From contig CAWHVC010000004.1 of NCBI GenBank assembly GCA_963832745.1, positions 192,001-256,000 of the forward strand: a DNA stretch of 64,000 nucleotides. Reading direction: 5' to 3'. Shown here piece by piece: positions 26,636-36,985 of this stretch (the first letter of the stretch is position 1; each line of letters starts with the position of its first letter). The position numbers and the translations under genes are program-made. The notes beneath the pieces were generated by a model. It did not search any database. It worked only from the letters and a program-made list of their open reading frames with translations, and was not told where the DNA came from. Source of the stretch: Candidatus Bathyarchaeota archaeon. GTDB taxonomy: Archaea > Thermoproteota > Bathyarchaeia > Bathyarchaeales > Bathycorpusculaceae.

Positions 26636-27199
26636 ATGTCTACTCAAAATGAACAAATTGAAACTGTTACTTTTCAAGCTTTAGCCCATCCTATTCGGCG
26701 GACAATAATTAGACTTGTTCAGTCTCACAGTCAAGGCGTCACCTACACGGAATTACTTACTGACCTGGGGTTGCCTACTGGAAAACTGAACTATCATTTA
26801 GAACAACTTAAAGGGGTAATTGAAAAGGACAGCAGTAGCGCATATGTTTTAACTTCGTTTGGCAAAAAAGCCGTTGAACATCTCAACCTAATAGAGCAGC
26901 GAACTAACAGTGAAGACCAAAAATACGTTCAAATTGCCAGTTTATCCCACAAAGGCAGCCTTCAACCAATAATCAAAAGCTTCCTGATACTAACAATCAT
27001 AATGATGACGGTTTTCACGGGTTTATGGGTTTACATTGGCTGCATCGCATACATAGAGGGTGCTCCATCAGTGGTTTTTGTGCTGCTGCCAATAGGGATT
27101 ACTGTTGGACTTGGTGTGCTTTCAGTTTCAGTCTATGCTTTACTAAAAACGCCAATGTGGCTTAGACGTTTCGAGCAAAGGTTCTTTGGTGAAAGCTAA
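26636..27199 (+). CDS. ArsR-like winged-HTH protein with two C-terminal TM helices
   Basis: FQALAHPIRRTII..GKLNYHL..YVLTSFG; hydrophobic C-terminus. Confidence 0.8.
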   Translation: MSTQNEQIETVTFQALAHPIRRTIIRLVQSHSQGVTYTELLTDLGLPTGKLNYHLEQLKGVIEKDSSSAYVLTSFGKKAVEHLNLIEQRTNSEDQKYVQIASLSHKGSLQPIIKSFLILTIIMMTVFTGLWVYIGCIAYIEGAPSVVFVLLPIGITVGLGVLSVSVYALLKTPMWLRRFEQRFFGES

Positions 27200-27210
27200 C
27201 TCGCCAAAAT

Positions 27211-27945
27211 CTACCATCTTCCGCCTGCTCCACCACCGCCTGAACGTCCGCCACCAATTCTTCCCCTACCTGCAACAGGCACAAAAATGCCAAGCACAAC
27301 TATGACCACAATTAGCCAAAGGGGCATTCCGAAAAAGTACCAATCCCAGAATGGTGACGGCGTTTGGACGGGTTCGTTGGTGCTTTCGTAATAGTAGATG
27401 CCTCTTGCTGGAAGGTTGTTTGGTGTGGTTTGGGGTGGGATTTGTTCTCCTAAGGCTATGACTGTGTAGTACAAGCCTTTGCCATAATTGTTTTGCTGGA
27501 ACTCTGGGACCAAATATTCTTGGGCAATCAGGTTGGCTTCAACGTCGGTTATGTCTCCTTCAAGCCCGTACCCAACTTCTATACGCCATTCCCGTTCCTC
27601 CAACGCTACCAGAACCAGTACGCCGTTGTCTTTGCCGCTTTTACCAATGCCTGTTTGTTCTCCATCCCAAACTTCCAATGGTTCATCGTTTAAAATTTGG
27701 ACACCAAGCTGAACAATGTCATGGATTTCGTTGCCAGATTTGTCAGTTACTCCGTGACCAGAAAGTGAAGGCAGTACCACAACTACTATTTCAGCGGTTG
27801 TGTTCAGGTCAATTGAGTACGCGTAGTCTTCAATGCTTGCAACCCAATCGTTTTCAATATATTGAGCTTGACAGGGAATAGTAAACAGGACAGGGCTTAC
27901 GATAAGGAACAAAAGCAAAAAAGGAATGAAACGGTTTTTTTGCAA
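27211..27945 (-). CDS. TPM-domain (YgcG-like) membrane protein
   Basis: GIGKSGKDNGVLVLVA..RIEVGYGLEG; C-terminal GGGRSGGGGAGGRW. Confidence 0.9.
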   Translation of the reverse strand: MQKNRFIPFLLLFLIVSPVLFTIPCQAQYIENDWVASIEDYAYSIDLNTTAEIVVVVLPSLSGHGVTDKSGNEIHDIVQLGVQILNDEPLEVWDGEQTGIGKSGKDNGVLVLVALEEREWRIEVGYGLEGDITDVEANLIAQEYLVPEFQQNNYGKGLYYTVIALGEQIPPQTTPNNLPARGIYYYESTNEPVQTPSPFWDWYFFGMPLWLIVVIVVLGIFVPVAGRGRIGGGRSGGGGAGGRW

Positions 27946-27969
27946 ACCTTAGCCTTTACCTCAAACCGT

Positions 27970-28560
27970 TTAAAGGTTAACTTGGGGCGCAGTGTAAGCG
28001 GCTACTTGTGCTTCAAAGAATGCTCTGCTTTCATAGCCCCATCCTGCCGCCCAAAGGTTTGCAGGGAATACTTTGATGGCGGTGTTGTAGTCGCCGACTG
28101 CTTCGTTGTAACGCATGCGTTCTGTTGATATGCGGTTTTCTGTGCCTTCCAATTCAATGATTAATGATTGGACTACGTCTGAGGCTTTTAGGTCTGGATA
28201 GGCTTCGACGCTTATGATTAACTGGGAAACGCCTGACTCCAAATTGTCTGTTGCGTTGCTGATTTCGTCGACGTTGCCGCCTGCTACTGCAGCATCCCAT
28301 TGAGCACGTAAGCGCGTAACGTTTTCCAGCACGGAGCCTTCATAGGTCATGTAGGCTTTAGCTGCTGTTACAACGTTGGGTATCAAGTCGTAACGTCTTT
28401 GTAGTTCCTGATCAATCTGCGCCCACTTCTCGTCAACAGTAACGTTGAGGTTGACAAGGTTGTTGTAGGTTGTAAAGTATAATGCAGCAAAACTTGCCAC
28501 GATAATTATTGCGATAACCGCTATGGTTGCTACTACTATTTTGGTTTTCATGCCAAGCAT
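27970..28560 (-). CDS. lemA: LemA-family protein
   Basis: QRRYDLIPN, EAYPDLKA, LEGTENRISTERMRYN, FPAN. Confidence 0.92.
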   Translation of the reverse strand: MLGMKTKIVVATIAVIAIIIVASFAALYFTTYNNLVNLNVTVDEKWAQIDQELQRRYDLIPNVVTAAKAYMTYEGSVLENVTRLRAQWDAAVAGGNVDEISNATDNLESGVSQLIISVEAYPDLKASDVVQSLIIELEGTENRISTERMRYNEAVGDYNTAIKVFPANLWAAGWGYESRAFFEAQVAAYTAPQVNL

Positions 28561-28646
28561 CTCTCCCTGCCGAAAATATCGGTGAATACATATATTTACT
28601 GATTGGTAAAAAAGCGAAATATTACCAGAACAGAAAGCGCAAAGTA

Positions 28647-29315
28647 TCAACTACGCAACTTTTTTACCAGTTTCTGCAGCCTCTGAGCCGTCAACTTGAC
28701 ATTAAGGCTTGCTGGAACAGGATGTCCATGCGCTTCACAATGCCCATCCACAATAGCTTTAGCGATAGCCTCCACAGTCGGCTCCTCCACGTCGATTGTT
28801 GTGTAGCCGAAACCGATTTGGGGACCATAATGCGCATCCGTGCCTGCAACTCTGGATAGATTGAATTTTTCTGCGGCTTCCGTGGCTTTTTTTACGCTTC
28901 TGCCAAACGGGAACGCTCTGGCATTGATGATTTCGATGGCGTCAAATTCTGCGCAGACCGCGTTGTTAAGGCATCCTTTTAGGAACACGTAGGGGTGACA
29001 TGCAATTGCAACTCCTCCTGCCTCATGAATGCGCTGCACGGTTTCAACGGCTGTTAACCCTTTGGGAATAAGCTGGTTAACGTTTAAAGCTACGATGTGG
29101 CCTTCGCTGCTGGAAACCTCCATGCCAGGAATCACCAAGAAGTCTTTGGTTTCTTTGGCGATTTTTACTGCACCATCAAAATAGTTGTGGTCAGTGACTG
29201 CAACCGCGTTGAGCCCATTCTTTTTAGCGTAAAAGATGAGGTCTTTTGGGGTGATCAGTGAATCGTTGGAGTAGGTGGTGTGTACGTGGAGATCAGCGCG
29301 GATTTGAACAGTCAT
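28647..29315 (-). CDS. PHP-domain metallophosphoesterase
   Basis: DLHVHT, AVTDHN, PGMEVS, CHPY, GTDAH. Confidence 0.88.
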   Translation of the reverse strand: MTVQIRADLHVHTTYSNDSLITPKDLIFYAKKNGLNAVAVTDHNYFDGAVKIAKETKDFLVIPGMEVSSSEGHIVALNVNQLIPKGLTAVETVQRIHEAGGVAIACHPYVFLKGCLNNAVCAEFDAIEIINARAFPFGRSVKKATEAAEKFNLSRVAGTDAHYGPQIGFGYTTIDVEEPTVEAIAKAIVDGHCEAHGHPVPASLNVKLTAQRLQKLVKKLRS

Positions 29316-29364
29316 AATTAACCCTGTTTTCAAATGTTCACCGTTTAATATCTGTATTGCCACG

Positions 29365-30636
29365 TTAAACCATCAAAGGTTTAGGCGAAAAAACTGCTTT
29401 CCGCTTTATGATTAGTGTGACTGCGGCTAACGCAACCGTGGTTGCCAAGACTGCGATAATCCAGATTGTTGATGGTGAACTGGTTGGTTGAGCGGTTTCT
29501 GAATGGGTGGATTCGGGGTTGCTAATGGGTGTGAGAGTTGGTGCTGGTTCTGGGGTTGGAGTTGATGGCACTAACGAGTTTGGTCTAACGCTGTAAAGGG
29601 TGATATACGCTATTTCTTTGGTGTCTCCCCACATTTGTACTTGAACGCCTTGATGGTTGCTAATAGGTTTGAAATAAAATGTTGCTGACCAGTAAGGGTA
29701 CAGTTTCAGCGGGTCTCGCGTAGCATTACCTTCGTTAACGCCGCTATCGCTAAGCGCGTTGTTAAGTTCATTGCTGAATTGTCGTCCAAGAATCATGTTT
29801 AAGCCGATGTCTACTGTTGTCCAGTTAGGCGTAATATTTATGGGACCACTGGTTGTGCCAACTTGTACTGTGGCGGCATAGTTTTTGGCTGCCGCGAACA
29901 TCAAAGCTTGAGCTTCCTCTTGGTTGACAACGCTTAGGCACCCGATGCTGTAGAGGTTCCATAAATCAGTAAAAATGAACGTATTAGTGTTAAAAGTGAT
30001 ACTCATGCCCTTGTTTGGCATGTCAACGCCATCAAGAGTGTAGCACCAACCAATACTTGATTGCCCTATGCTCATCTTCATGTTGCCTTCTGTTATGTTG
30101 GTTGGAGTGAAGTCGCTTATGCCATTAAAGTTGGTTGGAGACCCATATGGTGGAGCGTTTGGGGTACTGCGAATCAGGCTTAGGGCTTGGGTAACCTGTG
30201 AAGCGTTTATACCATACTGCTCGGTAAAGTTTTGGTATCTTTCAAGAATATTTTTTGTTTCAACCAAAGCGTCATTTGACGGTTGCTTTGACCAAAAAAT
30301 CGAGCCATTCATGGCGTTAACGTGTATCCACCAAATAAAGCCGTTATAGAAAATGCCTGAAACCGATAAACTGCCACTGTTGGATTCAAGATTAAAGGTT
30401 GTACCTTCGTTTTTCACTTGACCACCAAACTCTGAAGGATAAGTGAGAGCATAACCCTCATTTGTTATGTTGTACTGTGAGACGTCAATACCCATAACGT
30501 CGCCGACAAAAGCTAAAACCTCTTTTTCTACCGCTTTTACTCCTTCGGGCTGGTCTGCTTGGGAAGACTGAACAAGCACAGCTGAAAAAACAAGGACTAC
30601 AACCACAAAGGCGCATGTTAACTTAGCTTTCCGCAA
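29365..30636 (-). CDS. Secreted/surface hypothetical protein with C-terminal TM anchor
   Basis: Signal peptide, Pro/Thr linker, C-terminal TM plus basic tail. Confidence 0.7.
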   Translation of the reverse strand: MRKAKLTCAFVVVVLVFSAVLVQSSQADQPEGVKAVEKEVLAFVGDVMGIDVSQYNITNEGYALTYPSEFGGQVKNEGTTFNLESNSGSLSVSGIFYNGFIWWIHVNAMNGSIFWSKQPSNDALVETKNILERYQNFTEQYGINASQVTQALSLIRSTPNAPPYGSPTNFNGISDFTPTNITEGNMKMSIGQSSIGWCYTLDGVDMPNKGMSITFNTNTFIFTDLWNLYSIGCLSVVNQEEAQALMFAAAKNYAATVQVGTTSGPINITPNWTTVDIGLNMILGRQFSNELNNALSDSGVNEGNATRDPLKLYPYWSATFYFKPISNHQGVQVQMWGDTKEIAYITLYSVRPNSLVPSTPTPEPAPTLTPISNPESTHSETAQPTSSPSTIWIIAVLATTVALAAVTLIIKRKAVFSPKPLMV

Positions 30637-30704
30637 TCTTTACTCTCCCAGTATCTCAAGAATCAAAAGGAAAAAGTAAAGATAAAAAAGTTGCCTAGAA
30701 AAGC

Positions 30705-32414
30705 CTATTTCGGAAGGGTGCCGAGTTTTGAGCGGGTTTGTGCAAGTTGCTCGTCAAGTTTTGCTTCGTCTGTTTCGATTTTGTGGAATAGCGGTGTGGG
30801 TTTAGCGATTTTGTGTCCTCCTTCAATTGGCACGGTAGCGTCACTCCATTTTGAAACGTTTCCTGGCAGTTGCAGTGTGTGCCATAGCTGTTCAGCGGTT
30901 TGTGGCATGAACGGTGCTGAAACGACGGTGCATGCTTTGACCACTTGTGCTGCAACATAGAATATTGTGCCTGCTTTCTCCTTGTCGGTCTTCATGAGGT
31001 TCCATGGTTCTTTGGTGTTAAGGTACTGGTTACCAATTCGGCTAATGCTGATGAGCGTAGTGGCGGCTGATTGTAGCCATCCGTCTTCAAATTCTTTAGC
31101 GGCTTGCTCAACCTTCGCTTTTACAGCGTCGAGAACTGCTTGGTCATCCGCCTCAAGCTTGGTTGGCGCTGGAATGGTACCTTCAAACTTGCTTGTGATA
31201 AACGAGAGTGTGCGGTGAATGAAGTTGCCAAAGGTGTCGTTTAGGTCATTGTTGATTTTGTCTGCAAAGGCGCTCCATGTGAAGTTAGTGTCTTTGCTTT
31301 CGGGGCGGGTTGCCATGAGGAAGAAGCGCCAGTAGTCCACTGGGAACATTTCTAAGGCTTCGTCTATCCAGATGCCGACACGTTGACTTTTAGAGGCTTT
31401 CTGGCCGCGGAACTGCAGGAATTCTGTCGCGGAAACGTTCCATGGCAGGTTGTAGCCTTGACCAGACGCCAACAGTAGCGCGGGCAGGATGATGGTGTGG
31501 AACGGAATGTTGTCTTTGCCTACAAAATAGAGTGTTTTAGCTTGGTTGTTTAGCCAGAACTCCCGCCATTTCTCAGGCTGTCCTAACTGTTGAGACCGCT
31601 CAATCGTTGCCGAAACGTAGCCCAGCACGGCGTCTACCCAAACGTAGATGGTTTTTCCTTCTGCGCCCTCAAACGGTGCAGGGATGCCCCAGTCAATGTC
31701 TCGGGTGACAGCTCGGGGTTTTAAGCCTTCTTTTATCCAGTTTAGGCTGAAACTTTTCACGTTAGCGGGCAGTTGCTGGTTAGTTTTAAGATACTCGGTT
31801 AAGGGTTCGGCGAGTTTGGAGAGGTCAATGTACCAGTGCTTGGTCGTTTTGACTATTGGCTTGTTTTTGCAAATTGTACAGTACGGTTCCACGAGCAGTG
31901 TGGGTTCAAGCAGTTTGCCGCATGCGTCACATTGGTCACCTCGGGCTTTCTCGCAGCCGCAGTAGGGACATTTGCCTTCCACGAAACGGTCAGGCAAGAA
32001 GCGTTGGTCATGTTCACAGTAGAGCATTTGGGTTTCTTGCTCGAAAATATAACCATTTCTTTGAATTTCAAGAAGCGTTTTTTGGACGAATTCCTTGTGA
32101 ACTGGGCTTTCAGTACAGGTGTAATTGTCATAGGAGGCGCCCCAGCGGCGGAAAAGTTCTGCAACTTTGGCGTGGTTGCGGTCTGTTAACTCTTTTGGGG
32201 TTATGCCCTGTTTTATGGCTTCCACTTCGATTGGGGTGCCATGTTCGTCTGAACCGCTGACAAACAGGACGTCGTCGCCTTTTAGTCGATAATAGCGTGC
32301 AGTGACATCCGCGGATAATACGGAGCCGACGAGGTTTCCAAGGTGCGGCGTCACGTTAATGTAAGGCCATGCTGAAGTAACTAAAACTTTATCTGGCAAA
32401 CTATGTGTCTCCAA
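30705..32414 (-). CDS. metG: Methionine--tRNA ligase (start approximate)
   Basis: TSAWPYIN..HLGN, GSDEHG, Zn knuckles, YVWVDA, GKDNIPFH, KASKS. Confidence 0.95.
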   Translation of the reverse strand: METHSLPDKVLVTSAWPYINVTPHLGNLVGSVLSADVTARYYRLKGDDVLFVSGSDEHGTPIEVEAIKQGITPKELTDRNHAKVAELFRRWGASYDNYTCTESPVHKEFVQKTLLEIQRNGYIFEQETQMLYCEHDQRFLPDRFVEGKCPYCGCEKARGDQCDACGKLLEPTLLVEPYCTICKNKPIVKTTKHWYIDLSKLAEPLTEYLKTNQQLPANVKSFSLNWIKEGLKPRAVTRDIDWGIPAPFEGAEGKTIYVWVDAVLGYVSATIERSQQLGQPEKWREFWLNNQAKTLYFVGKDNIPFHTIILPALLLASGQGYNLPWNVSATEFLQFRGQKASKSQRVGIWIDEALEMFPVDYWRFFLMATRPESKDTNFTWSAFADKINNDLNDTFGNFIHRTLSFITSKFEGTIPAPTKLEADDQAVLDAVKAKVEQAAKEFEDGWLQSAATTLISISRIGNQYLNTKEPWNLMKTDKEKAGTIFYVAAQVVKACTVVSAPFMPQTAEQLWHTLQLPGNVSKWSDATVPIEGGHKIAKPTPLFHKIETDEAKLDEQLAQTRSKLGTLPK

Positions 32415-32545
32415 CAAATCGTTAAGTCTCAACCTTATTAAAATTGCTATCCAAACAAAAAATTCAACTTTTAAGTGGTAATTAGCCAGCTGTTTGGCAA
32501 CGCTTAAATCCAGATTCAAAAATACATTTACATCAGGTCAAACTT

Positions 32546-33649
32546 ATGCCTTACTGCCGAAGATGCGGAGCCAAACTTGCTGACGATGCACAATACTGTT
32601 ACAACTGCGGCGCCCCAGTTATTCCTCCAACAACCCAGACTTCGTCTCCTCCTCCACAGTCAAGAGCCTACGAAAGCCCCCATAGTCGCCCCCTGCGAAA
32701 GAATCCTCTATTCATTCCCGTCATGGTCATAATCGCCATTACCATTTCAGCCTTGGTTATAGCCGCTTTTGCTGCTGCACCGATTAACCCTGTAAATTTC
32801 AAAGAGCAAAGCCAAATCCCAATATCAGGTCAAAACAAGTTAAACCTAGATTTTCAAGCTGACATCGGCGACATCAACGTTTACACCAACCTCACCGGCG
32901 ATAGCATGTTGCTTATGGATGTTTCAGCAACCGGTGGCACCAGCATTTTTGGGTCAGATCAACCTGTAAAGTTTGATGTTCAAAACAGCACTGCTAATGG
33001 CACGCAAATGGTTACGGCCGTTGTTTCTTCACCGATGAATTTCCCGTTCGCCGGAAACCTGCATGTGATCTGCAACATCTATGTTAACCCTCAAGCAAAC
33101 TTGGCACTTAACGTGCATTCGGATGTTGGTGAAGTCTACATGGAAGCGGGTTTGAACGCAAAAATTGAGTTGCTTAAGCTTGAAACAATCACTGGCAGCA
33201 CAAATTTGAATCTTCAGAAAGGCGCTACTGTTAAAGGTGGTTTAACGCTTTCAACAGCAACAGGCACTGTTTGGTTTAGTATTAACCAAGTTAATGTTAA
33301 TGGAAATGTAACTATCGATTTAGGTTCAGGTACTGGTAACGTGGAAATGGACATTAATCAAACGCAGAAGTTTAACGGTAACCTACAATTAAACGCTCAC
33401 ACTGGCACCGGTAACGTAAACCTTAATCGAATGCTAATAGATGGTGAAGTAGCCACAAAAATTCAATCTAACACTGGTCTTGGCCAAATACACGTTAACG
33501 TGCAAAACTTTAACGGGAACCAGTCGCCGATTCAATCAAACAATTACCCATCCAACTGCAACATCAACATGAACCTAAACACTGGCGTAGGCAACATCAA
33601 CTTAAACGCTGTATACCAGACAACGATGGCGCCTACCCTTAGAGTTTAA
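32546..33649 (+). CDS. Zinc-ribbon + TM + DUF4097-like beta-repeat protein
   Basis: YCRRCG..YCYNCG, single TM, repeated TGxGxVxL units. Confidence 0.75.
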   Translation: MPYCRRCGAKLADDAQYCYNCGAPVIPPTTQTSSPPPQSRAYESPHSRPLRKNPLFIPVMVIIAITISALVIAAFAAAPINPVNFKEQSQIPISGQNKLNLDFQADIGDINVYTNLTGDSMLLMDVSATGGTSIFGSDQPVKFDVQNSTANGTQMVTAVVSSPMNFPFAGNLHVICNIYVNPQANLALNVHSDVGEVYMEAGLNAKIELLKLETITGSTNLNLQKGATVKGGLTLSTATGTVWFSINQVNVNGNVTIDLGSGTGNVEMDINQTQKFNGNLQLNAHTGTGNVNLNRMLIDGEVATKIQSNTGLGQIHVNVQNFNGNQSPIQSNNYPSNCNINMNLNTGVGNINLNAVYQTTMAPTLRV

Positions 33650-33713
33650 GCTGGTTAACGCCTTAACGTTTAAAACCTTGCCTAACCATTAGAAAAAGTG
33701 AAGGTGCATTTTT

Positions 33714-33956
33714 TTGGCAGAAAGAAAAATTTCTAAACAAGAGTTAGAAGAAAATAATGGAAAAGAAGGTAAACCAGCATATTTTGCGTATAAAGGAAAA
33801 GTTTACGAAGCTACCGATAGTGCAATGTGGATGGATGGAGAACACATGGGCATGCATCAAGCCGGCAAAGACTTAACTGACGACATGGATATGGCGCCTC
33901 ACGGTCCAGAAAATGTTGAACGCGTAAAATACATCGGCGAATTAGCCGACTCCTAA
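33714..33956 (+). CDS. Cytochrome b5-like haem/steroid-binding protein
   Basis: NGKEGKPAYFAYKGKVYE..W..GEH..HQAGKDLT..APHG. Confidence 0.85.
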   Translation: MAERKISKQELEENNGKEGKPAYFAYKGKVYEATDSAMWMDGEHMGMHQAGKDLTDDMDMAPHGPENVERVKYIGELADS

Positions 33957-35194
33957 AACAGACACTGCAACACGCCATCAACCCGAAGCAAGTTCTCGGT
34001 TATTTTCTTTTTATCTTCAACACCAATTTTCTCTTTAAATCCTTCAAGTTCAATCATGGTTTCGTATAAGCTGTCAAAGGCTGTTTTTAAGTCTAAATTG
34101 TCATTCATGGCCTCTTCGAAACCTGAAACAATTTTTTCCACAAGCACTTTGACCTTTTCTGATTCCTGTTTACTGTTAGGCTCTGTCTTTTGTAGGTCAG
34201 CAATTTTCGCCTTTAAATTATCCAATTTTTTGGTTGTTTCGGCAAGCTTTTCAAAAGTGAAGTCCAACGTTTCCCTGTAGCAGCCGTAAATCAAAAAGAA
34301 TCTCATCTTTCCGCCACTGTAACCATTTGCTTGTAGATCTTTGGGGTAATACACGTTGCCTTTGCTTTTAGACATCTTTTCCCCATCCACGTACAGGTGG
34401 CCACCGTGAAGCCAGTAACGGGAAAACTGTCGCCCCGAAACCGACTCTACAACCGCAATAGTGTAATCATGATGCCTAACCAAATTGTCAACTCCACCAC
34501 AGGCAACATCAATCTCGAAACCCAAATGTTTAGTTACAATCGCTGGGTCCTGAACGTTCCAAGCTGGTCTGCCAGTACCGACAGGAGTTTTGTAGCAGAT
34601 GTCACTTTTTGGGCAGCCATGCCAAAGAATAAAGTCACCCATGTTCCAAGGTGTACCTGGATACGTGTCCTTATGGAATCTACGCCGTTTTTTTGGCCAT
34701 TTGCTCATGTCCAGATGCGCCAGTTTACCAAACCCTTCAAATTTAAGAGGGTCAAAATACACGTTTTCTTCTCCCTTGTAACAGTAATAATAGGCTGCTC
34801 CACAATCGACAAGTTTGGTGATAAGCATAGCCGCTTGGTCCACCGCCGTGGACGCCCTAACCGCGAAGTTAGGCGTTTTGATTCTCAGGAATTTAAAATC
34901 GTTAAAAAAAGTTTTTTCGTTTCGGCTTGATAGTTCCTCGACTGTAAGGTTTTCTTTTTTTGCTTGCTCGATGGCTTTGTCTTCCACATCGGTTAAAGTG
35001 ATTAGCCGCGTTACTTTGTAGCCTAAATATTCAAGGTACCTTTGCAGGATGTCTTCAAAAAGAAACGTGCGGTAGTTGCCAATGTGCGCTGGCTGATAAG
35101 TTGACGGCCCGCAAGTGTACATTTTAACTTGCCCTTCTTCTCTGGGTTTGAAGGGCTCAACTTTTTTGGTCAGGGTGTTGTAAATGTTTAGCAA
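33953..35194 (-). CDS. Cysteine--tRNA ligase-like protein (divergent, truncated paralog)
   Basis: YTCGP, HIGN, DFILW, GRPAW, KMSKS and DALR-type helices; no C-terminal anticodon-binding domain. Confidence 0.85.
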   Translation of the reverse strand: MLNIYNTLTKKVEPFKPREEGQVKMYTCGPSTYQPAHIGNYRTFLFEDILQRYLEYLGYKVTRLITLTDVEDKAIEQAKKENLTVEELSSRNEKTFFNDFKFLRIKTPNFAVRASTAVDQAAMLITKLVDCGAAYYYCYKGEENVYFDPLKFEGFGKLAHLDMSKWPKKRRRFHKDTYPGTPWNMGDFILWHGCPKSDICYKTPVGTGRPAWNVQDPAIVTKHLGFEIDVACGGVDNLVRHHDYTIAVVESVSGRQFSRYWLHGGHLYVDGEKMSKSKGNVYYPKDLQANGYSGGKMRFFLIYGCYRETLDFTFEKLAETTKKLDNLKAKIADLQKTEPNSKQESEKVKVLVEKIVSGFEEAMNDNLDLKTAFDSLYETMIELEGFKEKIGVEDKKKITENLLRVDGVLQCLF

Positions 35195-35211
35195 TACGGC
35201 GTGGTTCTCCG

Positions 35212-35688
35212 TTATGTGGCAGCGGCTTGTTGTGTCTCTATTTCTTTTAGGGCTTTTTCTGCTTCTTGTACGTGTTGTTCAGCGTGGGTTTGGCTCTCAA
35301 AAATGCTGCGGACAATGCCTTGCTTGTCGATGACGTAGGTGACTCTACCTGGAACGATTCCCATAGTTGAATGCACCCCATATAGTTCCCTAACCTTGTG
35401 GTCAGCATCGCTTAACAGGATAAAGGGTAAACCATAATGAGTGGCAAATTTCATGTGAGATTCGATGCTTTGGCTGCTAACGCCGAGCACTTCTGCTCCT
35501 AGACTTGTTAATTCTTGGTAGTTGTCGCGGAAACTGCAGGCTTCTTTGGTGCAGCCCGGTGATTCATCTTTAGGATAAAAATACAGGACAATATTTTTTT
35601 TGCCAAGAAACTCTGAGAGGGTTACGTTGTCGCCCATTTGGGATGGAAGCGTAAAATCGGGTGCTTTATCGCCTACTTTAACAGCCAA
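35212..35688 (-). CDS. bcp: Peroxiredoxin Q/BCP
   Basis: [16 protein letters not shown]. Confidence 0.92.
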   Translation of the reverse strand: MAVKVGDKAPDFTLPSQMGDNVTLSEFLGKKNIVLYFYPKDESPGCTKEACSFRDNYQELTSLGAEVLGVSSQSIESHMKFATHYGLPFILLSDADHKVRELYGVHSTMGIVPGRVTYVIDKQGIVRSIFESQTHAEQHVQEAEKALKEIETQQAAAT

Positions 35689-35804
35689 AAAATTTCACCA
35701 CAAACAAAAAGCCACTGTCAGCTATTATCTTTTTCGCAGATTATAAAATGGCAAATAGGGTTTTTAAGCGTCATCAGTGTTAACCAAAACATAGGCAGAT
35801 CCTT

Positions 35805-36410
35805 ATGGAAAAAAAGTTATCCTTAAACGGTTACAAATGCCCCGCACTTGTAAATAAGGTGCCCGGTGTTCCAATAGTTTTCTTGCATGGTTTATCTTAT
35901 AACATTGAAATCTGGAACCGAATCGGCATAACTGATGTTCTTGACGAAAAACATGTACCCTACCTTGCTTTAGACATGCCATACGGCGAGAAAAGCCAAT
36001 GCAAACCAAAAACTCGTGACCCAGAAAAAAACGTAACCTTCGTCTATGAGGCTATAGAAAACGTTTTTGGAGGTCCATTACCTCCTGTTCTGGTTGGCGC
36101 AAGCATCGGCGGTAACATGGCGCTTCATTTTGCTTCCCGATTTCCGGTGAAGGGGCTCGTGCTTGTTGGTCCTGCCCGGGCGCTCGAAGAAGATTTAGTG
36201 CATGCTTACGGCAGCTTTAAGTTTCCGTCAACCATTATTTGGGGTTCTGAAGACACCATAATTGCCAGCGAAAACATGCGGACCTTGGCTGACAAGTTGC
36301 CGAATTCTAAACTGATTGTCTATCAGGGCGCGAAGCATTCAGCTTACAAGGATGAACCAGACAGGTTCAAACGTGACTTGTTGGAGCTTTACATTAACGC
36401 TGAAATTTAA
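35805..36410 (+). CDS. Alpha/beta hydrolase
   Basis: FLHG, GASIGG nucleophile elbow, WGSED, AKH. Confidence 0.85.
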   Translation: MEKKLSLNGYKCPALVNKVPGVPIVFLHGLSYNIEIWNRIGITDVLDEKHVPYLALDMPYGEKSQCKPKTRDPEKNVTFVYEAIENVFGGPLPPVLVGASIGGNMALHFASRFPVKGLVLVGPARALEEDLVHAYGSFKFPSTIIWGSEDTIIASENMRTLADKLPNSKLIVYQGAKHSAYKDEPDRFKRDLLELYINAEI

Positions 36411-36973
36411 AGGCCTTTTCTTGCCAGTACCAAGTAATGGTAGGGTCCAACATCAAAGCTGCATTGAACCATTAAACCGTGTGAACGCATCATGTTAGTC
36501 ACGGTTACTTCATCAAATTTAATGTCCAACGGTGGACCCACCGGTATTTCTTCTTTCTTCCAGTCTAAATCAGCAACGATGCCATCCATTTTTAACATGT
36601 CCCTCGCGTTAGACAGAACTTGTTCAGGATAATCAAAATCGTGCAAGTCCATGCTAAAGAACACAATGTCGGCGCAGTTTTTGCAGAAAACCGTTTCCTC
36701 TGCTTTGCCCGCGGTTGCAGTGATGTTGTTGTAGCCTTCTTCTTTGGCTCTCTTTTGAATTTTCTCAATTGACTTTGGGTCAATATCGACTGCGTAGACT
36801 TTGCCTTTTTCGCCTACAATTTTTGCCGCTAAAAAGGTGAAATAGCCATCGCCGCAGCCTACGTCAACAAAAGTCATGCCTTCCCCTAGTTCAACCGCTT
36901 CTAAGATATCGTCCGGATTATACCATGAACGCCGTTTAGCCTCATCTAAGCTGAATCCACCATGACAAACCAT
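36407..36973 (-). CDS. Class I SAM-dependent methyltransferase
   Basis: DVGCGDG motif I, VYAVDID. Confidence 0.85.
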   Translation of the reverse strand: MVCHGGFSLDEAKRRSWYNPDDILEAVELGEGMTFVDVGCGDGYFTFLAAKIVGEKGKVYAVDIDPKSIEKIQKRAKEEGYNNITATAGKAEETVFCKNCADIVFFSMDLHDFDYPEQVLSNARDMLKMDGIVADLDWKKEEIPVGPPLDIKFDEVTVTNMMRSHGLMVQCSFDVGPYHYLVLARKGL

Positions 36974-36985
36974 AACATTGCCTCT

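Noticed and set aside
27211-28560. lemA + TPM-domain gene pair
   Set aside because: A common, well-known gene pairing; not novel.
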